This document shows positions 1 to 12,523 of a DNA stretch of 64,000 nt, one piece after another (the stretch's first letter is position 1; each line of letters begins with the position of its first letter). The notes under the pieces were generated by a model. The model saw only the letters and a program-made list of their open reading frames with translations. It made no database searches and was not told the origin of the DNA. The stretch covers positions 372,001-436,000 of the forward strand of contig RSEE01000036.1 of NCBI GenBank assembly GCA_003971905.1, read 5' to 3'. Origin of the DNA: Moniliella sp. 'wahieum'. Its lineage: Eukaryota. Made by a program: the position numbers and the translations under genes.

Positions 1-33
1 GCTCCTTACCACCAACATCTTAGAGGGGCAGTC

Positions 34-1054
34 ATGCGTCCTTTCCGCCTCTCGTCCTCATTTTACTCGTTGTGGCCGCAACCGCTCTGGCCAAGAGCCA
101 ACAGGTTACTTCAATCCAGCACTAGAGAGGCAATAACATGGCTCACTGTGCGTTTTTTTCCCCTTGCTTTCGTCTGGCTTGTATGCGGACGCCATTTTAT
201 TATGAACAGCGTGTCCGAAGCATACGGACCGCGAGAATGACTTTTACTAACCTTGTTCTCTCTCTTCAGTTCCTTGGAGCCTCGTTCTCCTCGGCGAGCC
301 TCTCAACGTCATCATTTTCCGGCGATTCCAGCCCCGCTCCTGAATGTGACGGGGCTAATGCGATGGGCTGAGGACATGGGCTATGGACGTGAAGTACGTT
401 GACTCTCCCCCTCTTACCATGCATACCTGCATGAGCCGTATATTGATGCGCTCTTCCTCTCTTCTAGTGCTTTGGGTTACATGAGGGTATCAAGCAGCAA
501 GCCAACTGGGTGACGGGCGTGGATGGCAAGCTCAGGAGCTCGAACTTCGATGGTTGTATGGCAACTCCCGTATTGGGCGCTTGCGACGAAACGTTCCGGG
601 GCGGAAGCCACTTTCGTGCCTTTCAACAAGCAGGGACCAACGCCTGGTTCCTGTCTGTCTCCAATGAGATGAACATCTTTGCTCACCATCGTATCACGGT
701 ACGTTATCCTCTTTGAAAGAGAGTGTGGAGTTGCAGACACTGATTCTATGTCTGCTTTCGCGATTGTGTGTGATGTTTTACTTGTTAACACAGGCGGACG
801 GGTATATGCGTAAGTCGTCTCCTCGCATCTCCATTTGGCCTTCAAAGAACCCTTCATAATGCTGACCCATTTTTCGCCCAGTGGCCGCGACAAACTTGTG
901 GGCGAAGCCCAGCGACACCGGAAGTATAATGGGGGGAATACAACACGACCGTTCAGTACATCTCGGGCTGGCTCCCAACCGGTTCCGATAACATCCACCA
1001 TGATGTGTCAATTGTGGACGAACTGCGGTCTTGACCATCAAGGAACTCGTATAG
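34..1054 (+). CDS. Conserved basidiomycete secreted protein of unknown function (multi-exon, frameshifted)
   Basis: Stitched frames give GEPLNVII..GLMRWAEDMGYGRE|CFGLHEGIKQQAN(L)GDGRGW..LRWLYG..LGACDETFRGGSHFRAFQQ..AWFLSVSNEM..GRDKLVGEA..GRTAVLTIKELV*. This resembles a fungal secreted family I recall (EPLNxII / ANLGDG / GGNHFR). Donors gtgcgt ~148, gtacgt ~393 and ~699; TAG at 1052-1054. Confidence 0.6.
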
Positions 1055-1592
1055 CACCTCTTCAAGACATACCCCTCGTCCAGCCGTGCCTCGTCTGTTG
1101 GGGCGATGCCCCAATCACGCCATCCTGCGTGATAGTCATCACCCCTCTTATCCGCCGATATCCCGGGAAGCTTCCTCAGCTCCGCGGTACCCTCGTCTAT
1201 ATAAGGCCCTACCCTTCTCATAGCCTCCTGTACCTCTCCTCAGAACCACATCCTCCATTCCACTCCTCCTTCAGCATCGTCGACTCAATTTCACCGCCGT
1301 CCACTGACTGCCACCGGCGGACTTTCATTGGCAGAACCACGGCCTGCTAATACTGTTTTTCGTCTCTGCTCATCATCTTTTGCTGCCTACCGTTTTCCTC
1401 TCCCGGGATGTGGACTATGCTACAACCACCACCAAGCACCCTGTTAATACTCAACTGTCACACCTTCATTCATCGTTTCACCCCTATCCGTCCCTCAATA
1501 ACATGTAACACCCTCACATCTGCTCAGCCGATCTTGTTTCTTATTGCCCCACCGTTACATCTGGCGTAGCACTCGGTGGCTATAGGTGAGGG

Positions 1593-1611
1593 TGAGGCCT
1601 GAGGCCTGAGG
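1593..1611. repeat. Heptamer palindromic array (TGAGGCC)x2.7, core AGGCCT
   Basis: tgaggcctgaggcctgagg read directly; TGTGACATGTGA lies nearby at ~1675-1686. Confidence 0.8.
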
Positions 1612-2129
1612 ACGATCAGTGTCTGCTTGTCAAATGCGGCAAGGAAAAGGTCGACAAGTGGCATGTGATGCATGTGTGACATGTGATAAAGGACAGTATG
1701 TGACATTTGGGATACCAGGGTGAAAGGGTTCCAGCGTGGAACGGTGACTACGGTGGCGAAGGGGAACGGTGGCTAATAACGTGGGGACGCAGCTGCGTAC
1801 CGAGCCGGGGCGAAGCGCCAGCAGACCGGGCCGTAGACCCGGCGGTCTTCCTCGTCTGGGATATGGAACAACTAAAAGTTAAAAATGAGAAGATCAACTT
1901 CAGCGGGACAAACGGTGAAAATGGGGGACGGTAAGCTTTTGTCACATGTCATTGGAACCGGCGGGACGATAGAGTTTCATAACTATGACGTTGCTACACC
2001 CTTCCGACCCATTTGGCTCTGCCCCCCCTCCGATATTTTGGCATTGCTAGTATTGCCCGATGTCGATGAGATCTTGCAGATCATGAGAGGGAAATGAAGC
2101 GTGTATGTGAGATGGACTTGTGCCAGACG

Positions 2130-2172
2130 TGATGCATGATGTGCATGATGTGCATGATGTGCATGATGCATG
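2130..2172. repeat. ATGCAT-based array with 9-bp units (TGCATGATG)x~4
   Basis: tgatgcatgatgtgcatgatgtgcatgatgtgcatgatgcatg read directly. Confidence 0.85.
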
Positions 2173-2862
2173 GTGTAAGCAGAGGTTGCATAGGGAGGGG
2201 GGCATGCGAAATCCACACACCGGGTAACATCGCATGAGAGGGCTGTCGTGAGTTCGAAGAGACCAGGCCTCTTCCCCTCCGCGCGTATGAACATGGTACG
2301 GTGTATTATGAGCAGATTATCTGTGCGAAAATGGTTAATGGCCACGGACCTAAAGCTTAAAGAGGTAACCGCGTATGATTACGGCCGCAAAAATTATAGA
2401 ACGTGTCTAGACCCATAAGTCTCTTCATCAGTGCACGCGATTAACGAAGATGAACACTAATCTCTGTGCGTGGTCGGCACATGATATTGCAGGGAATAGA
2501 GATGTAAGCCAAGAATATAAAAAGGCGAGCTTGTGGTAGAATTAAGCACAGACTCTATTAGAGACCCTATAGGCCCTATGGCTGCTCCTACCCCTAAGCA
2601 GAACCCAATAAGCGGATCAGAGACATCGTCACCTGCGGGGTGGGGTGATCGATGATCACGGTGTCTGGCACAGCTGATGCGGACAAAGTGAATGTATCTC
2701 GTTGACACACAGTGGAACCGCCAACGAATGCTTAACGTTTTGCACACAGCGCAAACCCTTTTATCAAAAGGGGGCCGTCGGAAAACATGAAGCATCCACC
2801 TCCACCTGCACCGGTTACCTCTTTTCCCACCCTGCTGTTTCTGTCATCGTTACTTTCGGACG

Positions 2863-3915
2863 ATGGACGCGACGCAGGCTGCGGGTACGGTTCCCTTGCC
2901 GGTACGCGTCTGGGTGCAAGCGATCCCATATATCAACATCCGGCACATCGACGCTGAGCGGGTAGGTTTTATCCTCGAGGACTGTGATCTTTCCTATGCC
3001 AATTGGCTTCGCCATAACCATAAGAGGTGTTTTGCCTACTGCTGCCATTTATAATAAGGGTTGAGATCACTGGCGAGAACACTTCAGTAATACCAGATGA
3101 GTTTCTGGCTCATCGAATGGGCCTCATCCCTCTCATTTCGACGATACGGACAGTGTCCTGGTGAACGCGAGTGTGAAGAAGGATGCTGTGAGCGATGCAC
3201 GGCCGAATTGACGCTTCACGTGCGAGGTTCCCGTTCCCAGCGGGTTACACTCGATATGACACTGCCGACTTGATTCGATCCGCTTCGCTGGGTGAGCGGT
3301 ACCCGGGAGACCCAATGATGAACAGTGAAGGCCCCTTTCCTGCTAACCCCAACAAACACCCTGATTTTGGTAAGCCTACGTCCCAAGTACTAGGTATGGC
3401 GTAGCCTGCAGTGTTGATTGCCCGCATGGCTCCCGGTCAGGAGCTTAGGCTGCGTTGTTTGGCCCGCAAGGGCTTTGCCAAGGAATACGCAAAAAGGTCC
3501 CCCGTGTCGGCGTAGGGTTTGAGTACGATCCATGGAACAAGCTCCACCATACTTCCTACTGATGGTTCGAAACGTCGGCCGAAGAAGAATGGCCCTTGTC
3601 TCGCAATGCACAGTTTGAGAATCGACTCGACCCATATGTGCCGTTTGACTTCAATGTCGTATAGTCAATCGGTTTCACTTTAAGCTTAACGTGCAAACGA
3701 CCGGGAAGAAGTTGTCGAGACGGTATGTCCGCCCGGTCCCTTGTTCCCGTCACTGACCCTCCTGACTCGTTCTGCGTTTGTCCTACGCCATTCACAGGTA
3801 CTTATCATTCTCGAATCCCGCTCTTTCAAGGTAAGCGAGGGGCTGGGGGTGCAGGGGCCAAATATGGGCATGAACGGAAATGTTGGCCTCAACACACCGT
3901 ATGCGCCCACATGAT
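2863..3915 (+). pseudogene. RPB3: Degenerate copy of RNA polymerase II subunit 3 (RPB3)
   Basis: PYINIRHIDAERVGFILEDCDLSYANWLR; ENTSVIPDEFLAHRMGLIPL; ECEEGCCERCTAELTLHV; GQELRLRCLARKGFAKEYAKRSP; FEYDPWNKLHHTSY*WFE..EEWP. It has an in-frame TGA (~3560), loss of the conserved HAKW, apparent multi-codon deletions and an intron at ~3723-3797. Confidence 0.75.
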
Positions 3916-4643
3916 CCAGCCGAACGGATGCACGAACGGTCAAATGACTTATTATAGCGTTCGCTTGGATGGTTGACTTGGGCTCGCCGCTGCTGCTTCC
4001 GATCCTCCCCTTGTATCGGTAGTTCATATCTCAAAAATTATGCTTGTTGTGCAAGACAGCGCGGGCTGCTATATTGCAAATACGTTTTGAGAAGGAAGAG
4101 TGCATTTTAGGAGAGGGTGTGTCCGACAGGCGTAATGACACGCCGACCCATTGCATGTGCAAGCACACGCGGGCCAAGTGCAAAGTGATGCTTGGCGAGT
4201 ATGTTCTGGGCCACGCATGAAACTCACACCAGTAGGAAGGTGGTGACGAGCGATTAATGGGTCCTTTGGCTGTCCTGAGAGAAAGGAAGGCGGGAATTGG
4301 AAATAGGTTAGAAAGTTTAGCACCGCAAACATGCATTCCAATGCACGACTTGAGACTGGAAAAGAGCTGGCTGATGAGGTTGCTGGATGGCGAAGCCGAT
4401 GGTGGTGGTTGTCAAAAAAAGAAATGCCTCCTTCGCGAAGCTGGCACAAAAAGAACGAAACTGCAGCCTCCACTGGCGGAACCCAACGCGGAATCGCCCC
4501 ATCACGTGATATTATGTACAGCATTGATTGGATCCGGCATCCGCAACTCCGGCTGTGCCATTAGATTACCTGGCCACCTGGCCCATCTCCGCCGATAAAG
4601 ATCCACCCTCCATCAGGCGAAGCTTCGAGCTTCCTTGTCCGAC

Positions 4644-5731
4644 ATGGCGTCTGAAGCAACCATGCTGGTGTATGTTTCCCATATAAGAGCGTTCAGACCG
4701 CGTTGAGCTGACGAAGGCACCCAGGGTGGATAACAGCGAGTTTATGCGCAATGGCGACTACCCACCCACACGCTGGGAAGCGCAGGCCGACATGGTCGAT
4801 CTCCTCTTTCGCTCCAAGAGGGCGGCCCATTCAGAAAATCAAGTGGGTCTTATGACTCTTAGTGGAAGCCCTGAGGTACTGGTCACGCACACGGCCGATC
4901 ACGGAGAGTTCCTGGCTGGGGTGCATCGTATCCAACTCGCAGACTCTCCCCAAGTCCGGACTGCGTTCACCATCGCCTGCTCGCGCTAAAGCAAAGACGA
5001 AACAGACTCAGCGCCAGCGAATCGTCTTGATGAGTGGGTCGCCTCTGATGGAGACGGAAGAGGAGCTCCAACACCTTGGGAAGCTGTTACGCAAAAATAA
5101 TGTCGCTCTGGACGTGATTGCCATGGATGAGAGGAGAATGAGAGCAAATTGGCGGCCCTCATCACCGCGGTCAACATTTCCATATGTGCACCTTGCTCAA
5201 AATTCCTCCTGGTACAGGGGGTACTGTGTCTGCCATTCTACGAGACTCTCCTATCTTGGGCAACTCTACTGTGCCCCCAACTACTCCCCGGTGGAGGCGC
5301 CCTTGTCCAACTCTCCTCTGGATGATGATGCGGAATTGGCCATGGTACGTGCCCTCGCTGGATTATCCCCTATGTACTGACAAGACCGTTTTCAGGCCTT
5401 GCGACTTTCGCGGACAGAGCAGGCCCGCAACCGTGTTCGTGTTCATCGTGTCGTGGATCATACGGGCCTCTTGGGGAGGGAAGACGATGAGGTCGGGGAT
5501 TACCCCCCTACTGCGCCGGAACCCGCTCCATTGGCCGGCAAAGGCTCCATGGTCATGCCTGGCGCCGAGTCAATCTTGGGTGCCGGTTCAGCCGCTGTGG
5601 ACGACCGTGAGGCAGAGCTTGTGCGCCAAGCAAACGCTTTAGCTGCCCCGCTGCCTCAAACGGCCCAGGCACCATCTCCATCCCGGTCTTCACCCTCGGA
5701 TAATACACCTCCCCCCTCCACCTCAGATTAA
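4644..5731 (+). CDS. RPN10: 26S proteasome regulatory subunit RPN10-like (vWA domain + UIM), divergent
   Basis: MASEATMLV|VDNSEFMRNGDYPPTRWEAQ..ENQVGLMT..QRQRIVLMSGSP..LGKLLRKNNVALDVI; UIM DDDAELAM|ALRLS. Introns 4670-4724 and 5345-5395 with CTGAC branch points; several frameshifts. Confidence 0.85.
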
Positions 5732-6798
5732 GACCGGAAACAACAGACACTACTGCGCTCAACAGGGTGGGGCGGGCGACACAATGAGATTAATGACGGA
5801 TGTTACGGATATGCTGATGTTGTCGTCCCCACGAAAATGGGAGTACAAATACCCGCCGGTTAAAGTAGGCGCAGGCCTGGGCGAAGTTTAACCGGGAGAA
5901 CGCGTATTATATCCGCACCTATGGCTGCGTGGTGTGGCACAGCGACATCGCCTCCTCGAGAAGGCGAGCTATGAAAAGAAGCCCCAACTCCCAGAAACTC
6001 ATCCTAGATCCGTGTTAATATCTAGCCCCTGGCAATGCCCACGCGGGGTGCACTGCCGCGCCAAACTGCCAAAGAGATACCACAAAGAATTAGCCGCGAA
6101 GAGGCACATCAGGGAGATGGACAACACACGTTCCCGCCATAATGTTCATTCGCATCTCTCGCATCCCGCTGGCGCTACATCCCATTTGGAAAATGAGAGT
6201 GGCGAGACCCAGCAGAACGCCCTGACTTGCTGGCGACGCCATTGCAATGGCCTTCTATAATTGGTGTTTGCGAGCGTCATCAGGAACGCGGTGCGAGCTC
6301 GCAAAGCTGGTGGAGGAAGTTGCCACAAATGATGTTGATGTGGATCCTCAGCAGGGGGCCGCGTCAATTGGTTTGTGAAGCTGAGGAGCTCTGGCGCTCG
6401 GTCTGGGCGCCAGACCACAGAGGTTCAGCTGGTTGAGTAGTGCGGGGACGGTGCAAAGCGGTGATGTCATACAAGGTCCTACACTGCCCCCAGCCAGCAG
6501 TGTGGCCGGAGCGGGTTTAGCAGCGTTAGACCCGCTGTCTCCGCCCTTGCCTGGGGCCAGTGTCGGTATGAGCCCGATGTGGCTGGGGGATTTGTCAGAC
6601 CGAATGTAATCGGCCACCGGCAGAAATAGGCTGCGTGCCGTGGTCCGCCCCCCCCGCGAGTGGCCCCAGTGCTTCCGCCTGCTGCCCCCAGACCGACTGC
6701 GGAAAAGATCAGAACGATCGTGCCGCGGGTATACTTGCTACTTAAAGCTTAACCCCCACCCACCGCTGCAAACCCCCTCCGGTTCCCAACCACCTATC

Positions 6799-8304
6799 AT
6801 GACTCTCAAGTACGAAGAAGTTGCCAAGCATGCTGGGCGCGATTCGTGCTGGGTGATTGTCCATGACAAGGCTTACGATTTGACCGACTTTCTCCCGAGC
6901 ATCCGGGGGGCAGCAAGATTCTACTCAAGTACGCCGGGCACGATGCGACCAAGGCCTTCGATCCCATCCACCCCCCTGGTACGCTCGAGGAGAACCTGCC
7001 AGCAGACAAGTGCCTTGGACCTGTTGACCCCGCAACCCTCGAGGGTGGGTTGCGCTGATCGACAGTGAGAAGCCTGGAGCCAAGGAAAGTAAGAAGGCGG
7101 AGGCGGGCTCGCAGGACGCAGTGCCTCCCCTCGGACAGGTGCTGAACCTGTTTGACTTTGAGGTCATCGGCCAGCGTGTGCTCGACCCTTCTGCCTGGGC
7201 CTACTACTCGTCAGGCGCCGACGACGAGGTGACATTGCGTGAGAACTCTGCCGTATTTGGCCGGATCTGGTTCCGTCCGCGCATTTTGCGCGACGTGTCG
7301 CATGTTGACTTTTCGACCTCGATCCTGGGACATCGCACCTCGCTGCCTGTTTACGTGACGGCAACGGCGTTGGGGCGTCTGGGCCATCCCGACGGGGAGA
7401 AGAACCTGACCTGGGCCTGCGGCAAGGAGAATGTGATCCAAATGATCCCCACGCTGGCCAGCTGCAGCATGGACGAGCTGTGGAGGCCCGCACGCACGAA
7501 GACCAAGTCCAATTTTCCAGCTCTACGTCAATGCGAATCGGAAAGTGACAGAGCGTCGTTCGCAAAGCGGAAGAGCGAGGCATCAAGGCGTTGTTCATCA
7601 CGGTCGATGCCCCGCAACTCGGACGGCGGGAAAAGGATATGCGGCTCAAGTTTGACGATGTGGGCTCGCAAGTGCAGAATGACGAGAAAGAGGAAGTGGA
7701 CCGATCGCAGGGGCAGCTCGCGCCATTCCTCCTTCATCGACCCTTCGCTGAACTGGGATGACCTGCATTGGTTCAAGTCCATCACCCGTCTACCGCTCAT
7801 CCTCAAGGGTGTCCAGTGCTGGGAGGATGCAGTGTTGGCGGCCGAGGCTGGGTGCGCTGGCATTGTTATTTCCAACCATGGAGGCCGGCAACTCGACTTT
7901 GCTCGCTCCTCGATCGAGGTGTTGGCCGAGGTGGTGCCCAAGCTGAAGGAGCGCAACCTGTTCCCCTCGCCTTCATTCCAAATCTTTGTTGATGGTGGCT
8001 TCCGCCGTGCAACCGACGTGCTTAAGGCTGTTGCATTGGGCGCGACTGCAGTAGGGATTGGACGGCCATTCCTTTATGCCTACTCGGCATATGGTTCGGA
8101 TGGGGTGGCCCATGCTTTGGGTCTGCTCAAGGCTGAGATGGAGATGAACATGCGACTGTTGGGCGCGCGCACGCTGCGTGAGGTGACGCCCGACATGGTG
8201 GACACGCGCTCCCTCTACTCGCACATCAACCCCCCCCCTACTCGACTGGCTCCCAGATCTGGCAAGCACCCAGCCTGGCCGTAGCTAATTCCTCCAAGCT
8301 GTAA
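6799..8304 (+). CDS. CYB2: Flavocytochrome b2 / L-2-hydroxy-acid dehydrogenase (cytochrome b5 + FMN-dependent domain)
   Basis: [23 protein letters not shown](PE)[59 protein letters not shown]. After the C-run at ~8230 another frame ends ..AVANSSKL* (TAA 8302-8304). Confidence 0.92.
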
Positions 8305-9799
8305 AACCGACCACCGCAACTGCCCTCGTCCCTACCCCCGCAGCCTCCCCTCGCCGATGCGCACCTGCCTCTGTCGCCCACCACATGTAATGCTCCATTG
8401 TCTCCTTACTGCCACAACGTCCCTGAGGCCTGACTAATGACTCGCGCCCGATGGGGGGGTACGTATTACATCCATGTTCCCCAATCTTTTACGACGATAA
8501 TGCGAGGCGGGGGGCATGTGGTTGGGGCATGCCCCTATCCCATCGCCTGGGACAAGGACCGAAACTGTGATGAGGTGGATGAGGATAGTGGTAGTGTGCC
8601 CGAGTGAGATGGGCGTCATTGCGATGGAGACGGTGATGGTGCCTTGAGAGAGCAAGGTGTTGCAGTGAGATCGAGAGGTGAGTGTGCTGAGGGAAGGCGG
8701 ACACGAGTAGAGTGGTAAGGCCGGTAATCACCAACCCCCCCAGTACCGATTACCCGGTGCTAGTTGCTAGCTACCAGCTATCGGCCGCTGCGGCAAGCAC
8801 AACTGCCGTAGCAGGCCAGAGCTGGTATACTAGCGACGCCGACACGCCAGTCAAGTCCCAGGACGATGCACACTCTCTGTGCGCCGAGGGGGTTTGGGGG
8901 ACGCAGTAGCACGCAGTTGGCGCAGGTGGCGCACCCTCATCACGTGATGAACGATGCGACACTCCCCCTCTTCGGAAGAAAGGCCGCGTGGCGCAGCGGT
9001 GCAGGCTCCCTCCTCAGATCGCCAGTTGCGCGTGGCGGCGCACTGGGTCTGGCTGTGCCCCACTGCCTCTCCGGCACAGCCGAGCTCAAGACGGCCCATC
9101 CGGCATGCCGGGCCATCCGCACGCAGTAGAGCGTAGAACGGCGTAGTACGGCCTGGCGCATCCGGGCGCAGCAGTACACCGCCCCAGCTGTGGCGCCGTG
9201 CCCAAGGGCGACGATGGGCCAGCCGGCCAGCCGCGGCGGCCAGGAACAGGCACTGCGCCAGTCACATGTGAGACATGGGCGCCGCACCCCCCAATGGCTG
9301 GCGTTTTGATCCCTCGCGAGCACAAGGCACCGTCGGCACAGCGGCAGTGTCGCGTGCGACTGCGAGCACATACATATATCCACCTGCACACCGCCCCCCC
9401 GTTCTTGTCGGAGGGCCCTGGCTCTGCCGGGGGTGTTTTGGTGCGAGCTGGTCCGAGGTCTGTCCGGTCCAAGTGGGGACACAGCAAGCGCCATTCCCTC
9501 TCTCCGTACTCCTATGCCTTCCATAGCCTCTCCAACTAAAGCCAGGGGTGCTAGGGTTGGCGCCCTGTGCCTTCTTATGCCCTGCCCGCCCTTCCGAATC
9601 TGCCTGTTCCACCACCACCACCACCACCCTTCTGGCCCGCTCTGAGAGTAGCCCCCCCCCCCACCCTTCCATCCTCTCCGCCTACCCCCGTCCTGGTTGA
9701 CGTCTCTCCCCCCCTATCCCCTCTGCACCGATAATAGGAAAGCCCATCCAAAGCTCAACTGCAACACAAGTTTCTCCTCTTTCGTCTTCAACTCCAACA

Positions 9800-11041
9800 A
9801 TGAAATTCACCCTCTTCTTCCTCACCACCCTCCTTGCCCTGACTCAATCAGCGCAGGCGCTCCATCTCGGCCTTGCCTGGGCCGCCAACAACCAATGGGC
9901 CAATGAAATGGTCGGAAACCCATCCATCAACAGCTATCACCACTGGGAGGTGCGTTTTCTTTCTTTCTGTTTACTCTCTCCCTCACTAGCCGCTGACCGT
10001 AATCGATCATCCGTCGCACCGTAGATGGGCCACGTTCCCGAGTTGTCTCATGCTGGTCTCCAGTTTGTTCCCACTCGTTGGGGGTACAAGAAGAACCAAG
10101 ACTGGCCTCGTCTGCGTAGCCTGTTCCCCAAGTACCGCTACCCCTATCTTTTGGCCTACAACGAGCCCGATGTGTCGTCTCAGTCTGACTACTCGCCCCA
10201 GGACGCTGCGTCGGCTTTCCAAAGCGAGCTTGCTCCCTTGCGGCAGTACGGTACTCGGATCTCGTCGCCACAGATCTGCTGGAACGCCGACTGGCTTGAA
10301 CAGTTCACCCAGTCGCTCTCTAACCAAGGCGGATACTACGACTTTGTTGCTGCTCATTGTACGTCCTCTAATCCTCACGCTTCGTTTTATACATACCCAC
10401 GTCGGACTATTAACCTTTCTGTTTTCTTTCGCAGATTACGGAAGTTGGCAGTCGATTGACCAGCTTAAGAGCTATGTACAGGGCTCCACCAACGGTTTGG
10501 CAAGGACATTTGGATCACCGAATACGGTGTCACTTCCTCATCCAACCCGTCCACGGCCCAGGCCAAGCAATTCATGATTGACGCCACCAATTTCTTTGCC
10601 TCGACTGGCTATGTCAAGCGTGCCTACCCCTTTGGGATGTGGGCTACCCCTCCCGACAGCTTTGGCTCGGCACAGAACGCGGTCTTCTTCCAGGACGGTA
10701 GTCTGCGCTCGCTGGGCAAATATACCGTGCGTACTCGGCCTCGAAGCGTTCCCTTTCCGAGGCGGCGCCCCGTTCACGCGTCATGCGCAGGCACCATAGT
10801 CTCCTTGCCCGTCTTGCTCAACCCGACCCGAAGGATGGCGAGAACTGGGACAATGTGACAGTGACGAACCACTGCGATGAACAATGCCAAGGCCGTGCTC
10901 AATGGCTTGCCCACATCAAGGATGCTCCCGCTTTCAACGCATCGGCCGCGACCCGGCCCTGGACCGTGATTACAACCCACGGTGCCTATCGAGGCCTTTG
11001 TCGAGGAACCCATCCCCGAGTACGACGACAATGACTTTTAA
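9800..11041 (+). CDS. Secreted glycoside hydrolase family 128 (Asl1-like beta-1,3-glucanase)
   Basis: Signal peptide MKFTLFFLTTLLALTQSAQA; catalytic motifs LLAYNEPD and DIWITEYG; FVAAHYYG; YVKRAYPFG. Introns 9950-10024 and 10359-10434. The 3' end is uncertain because of frameshifts. Confidence 0.85.
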
Positions 11042-12323
11042 AGTCACTTGTCAGGATGCCCAATCCTTGGTTGCCATTTGCGCCTGTGTTACCTTTCAGT
11101 TTTACCCCGCCATGTCCCCCCTCTCATCTGCGCTTTCCCTCCTCCCCCCTCCCCTTTTTCTCTACCAGTTAGTTACGGTTCCACCTTCTGTTACGGGCCT
11201 TGTTATGGGTCACGCCCCCGTTCTCTTTTCTGTACCCGTTCTCTTTTTCTGTACCCGATCTTTCTTTCCTTGTTGTGCCGGTCCTCGTCCATTGTACCCC
11301 AACTGCGTTGGGCTGATGGGACGCAGGAGCGGAGCACGCCATGGCTCCTGGTGAGCCGGTGGACTTGGTGTGCTCCGTCACAAGCATCTCCCTCAATTAC
11401 ACTTCTTTCATGTTCCTTTGTCTTGTTGGGCTGTTAGTTACATCTCGTATCATGCGGGATAACTGCCTTTTGCGTTTTCGTCTTCTCCTGAGAGAAGTCT
11501 CCGAGGAAACCTGTCAGACCTGATGCAGAGATTGTGGCCCCTGCATGGTGTGTCTGCGCATTATTTTACTGTCTGCTCCTCTTGGCTTGGCTTGTTTCTG
11601 TTGCCGCGTTACTAGTTACTCTCCGTTTTTTGAATCTCGAAGGTCAGTCCGTCCAACCGTGGATCAGCAATCAGATCTTCATTGCGCCTTGATTACATTT
11701 AGTTAGTAATTGCTACAAACATCAGGATGTGCCCCTGTTATTCGTCAGGCTGAGAGGTCTGAAGAGGTGTCTGTGCACTCTACATGTACACCGATGCTCG
11801 TCTTTGCGTTCCATTTGTAACACAGCTGTGCTCACTTAGTTGAAGGTGGACGGCCCCGGTAACGGTGGATAAGGCTCCGACTGTTGAGAAATGTACTCGG
11901 TATATCCCTCTTCTTCGACCTGTCGTCCCGCACCTGGAACTGGATGCCTTGTGCATGGCGTGAGGCTAGTCAATGACTAATGATGGCAAACCGATTATTC
12001 ATTCAGGCCCCAGGATTGCCTGTGGTGGCGCTTGTTGGTGGGCGGGCGGGTAATTGCATCTGGATATTGATTCAGATGGGGTGAGCGGCGAGCGCACTGA
12101 GCAGTGATGCCGGGGATGGTGAACCCAGGGAGCAGGGCGGCAGAGATGGCAGAGAGGGGTGTCAATATTCAATCGATGACGTTGCATCAGATGCGGCCAC
12201 AATCTGAAAGGTGCAAACCCCCAGACTGGCGCCGTGCGGGGCGGCGGCTGCGGGTGCTAGGGTTGGCGTGCTGCGCATGCCTGATGGGCATCAAGGAGGC
12301 GGCTGCGTTGATGGCATCGATAG

Positions 12324-12348
12324 CTGAGATCTGAGATCAGAGATCTGA
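12324..12348. repeat. Heptamer palindromic array (CTGAGAT)x3.5, core AGATCT
   Basis: ctgagatctgagatcagagatctga, ~175 bp upstream of the bZIP ATG. Confidence 0.8.
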
Positions 12349-12523
12349 TAACCGATCCCCGGCAGCTCTGCTCCACGATGCGGCCAGCCAATGCCCATCC
12401 TCCGCCCGCGCCGGCCTCTTTGCCCGCCGCGTCGGCTGCGCCTTTGTCCGTCTCGCGTCGCCTCATCTCCTTTCTCCTCCCGCCGCCATCTTCCCCCCTC
12501 CGACGCCATGGCCCATCCCGCTC

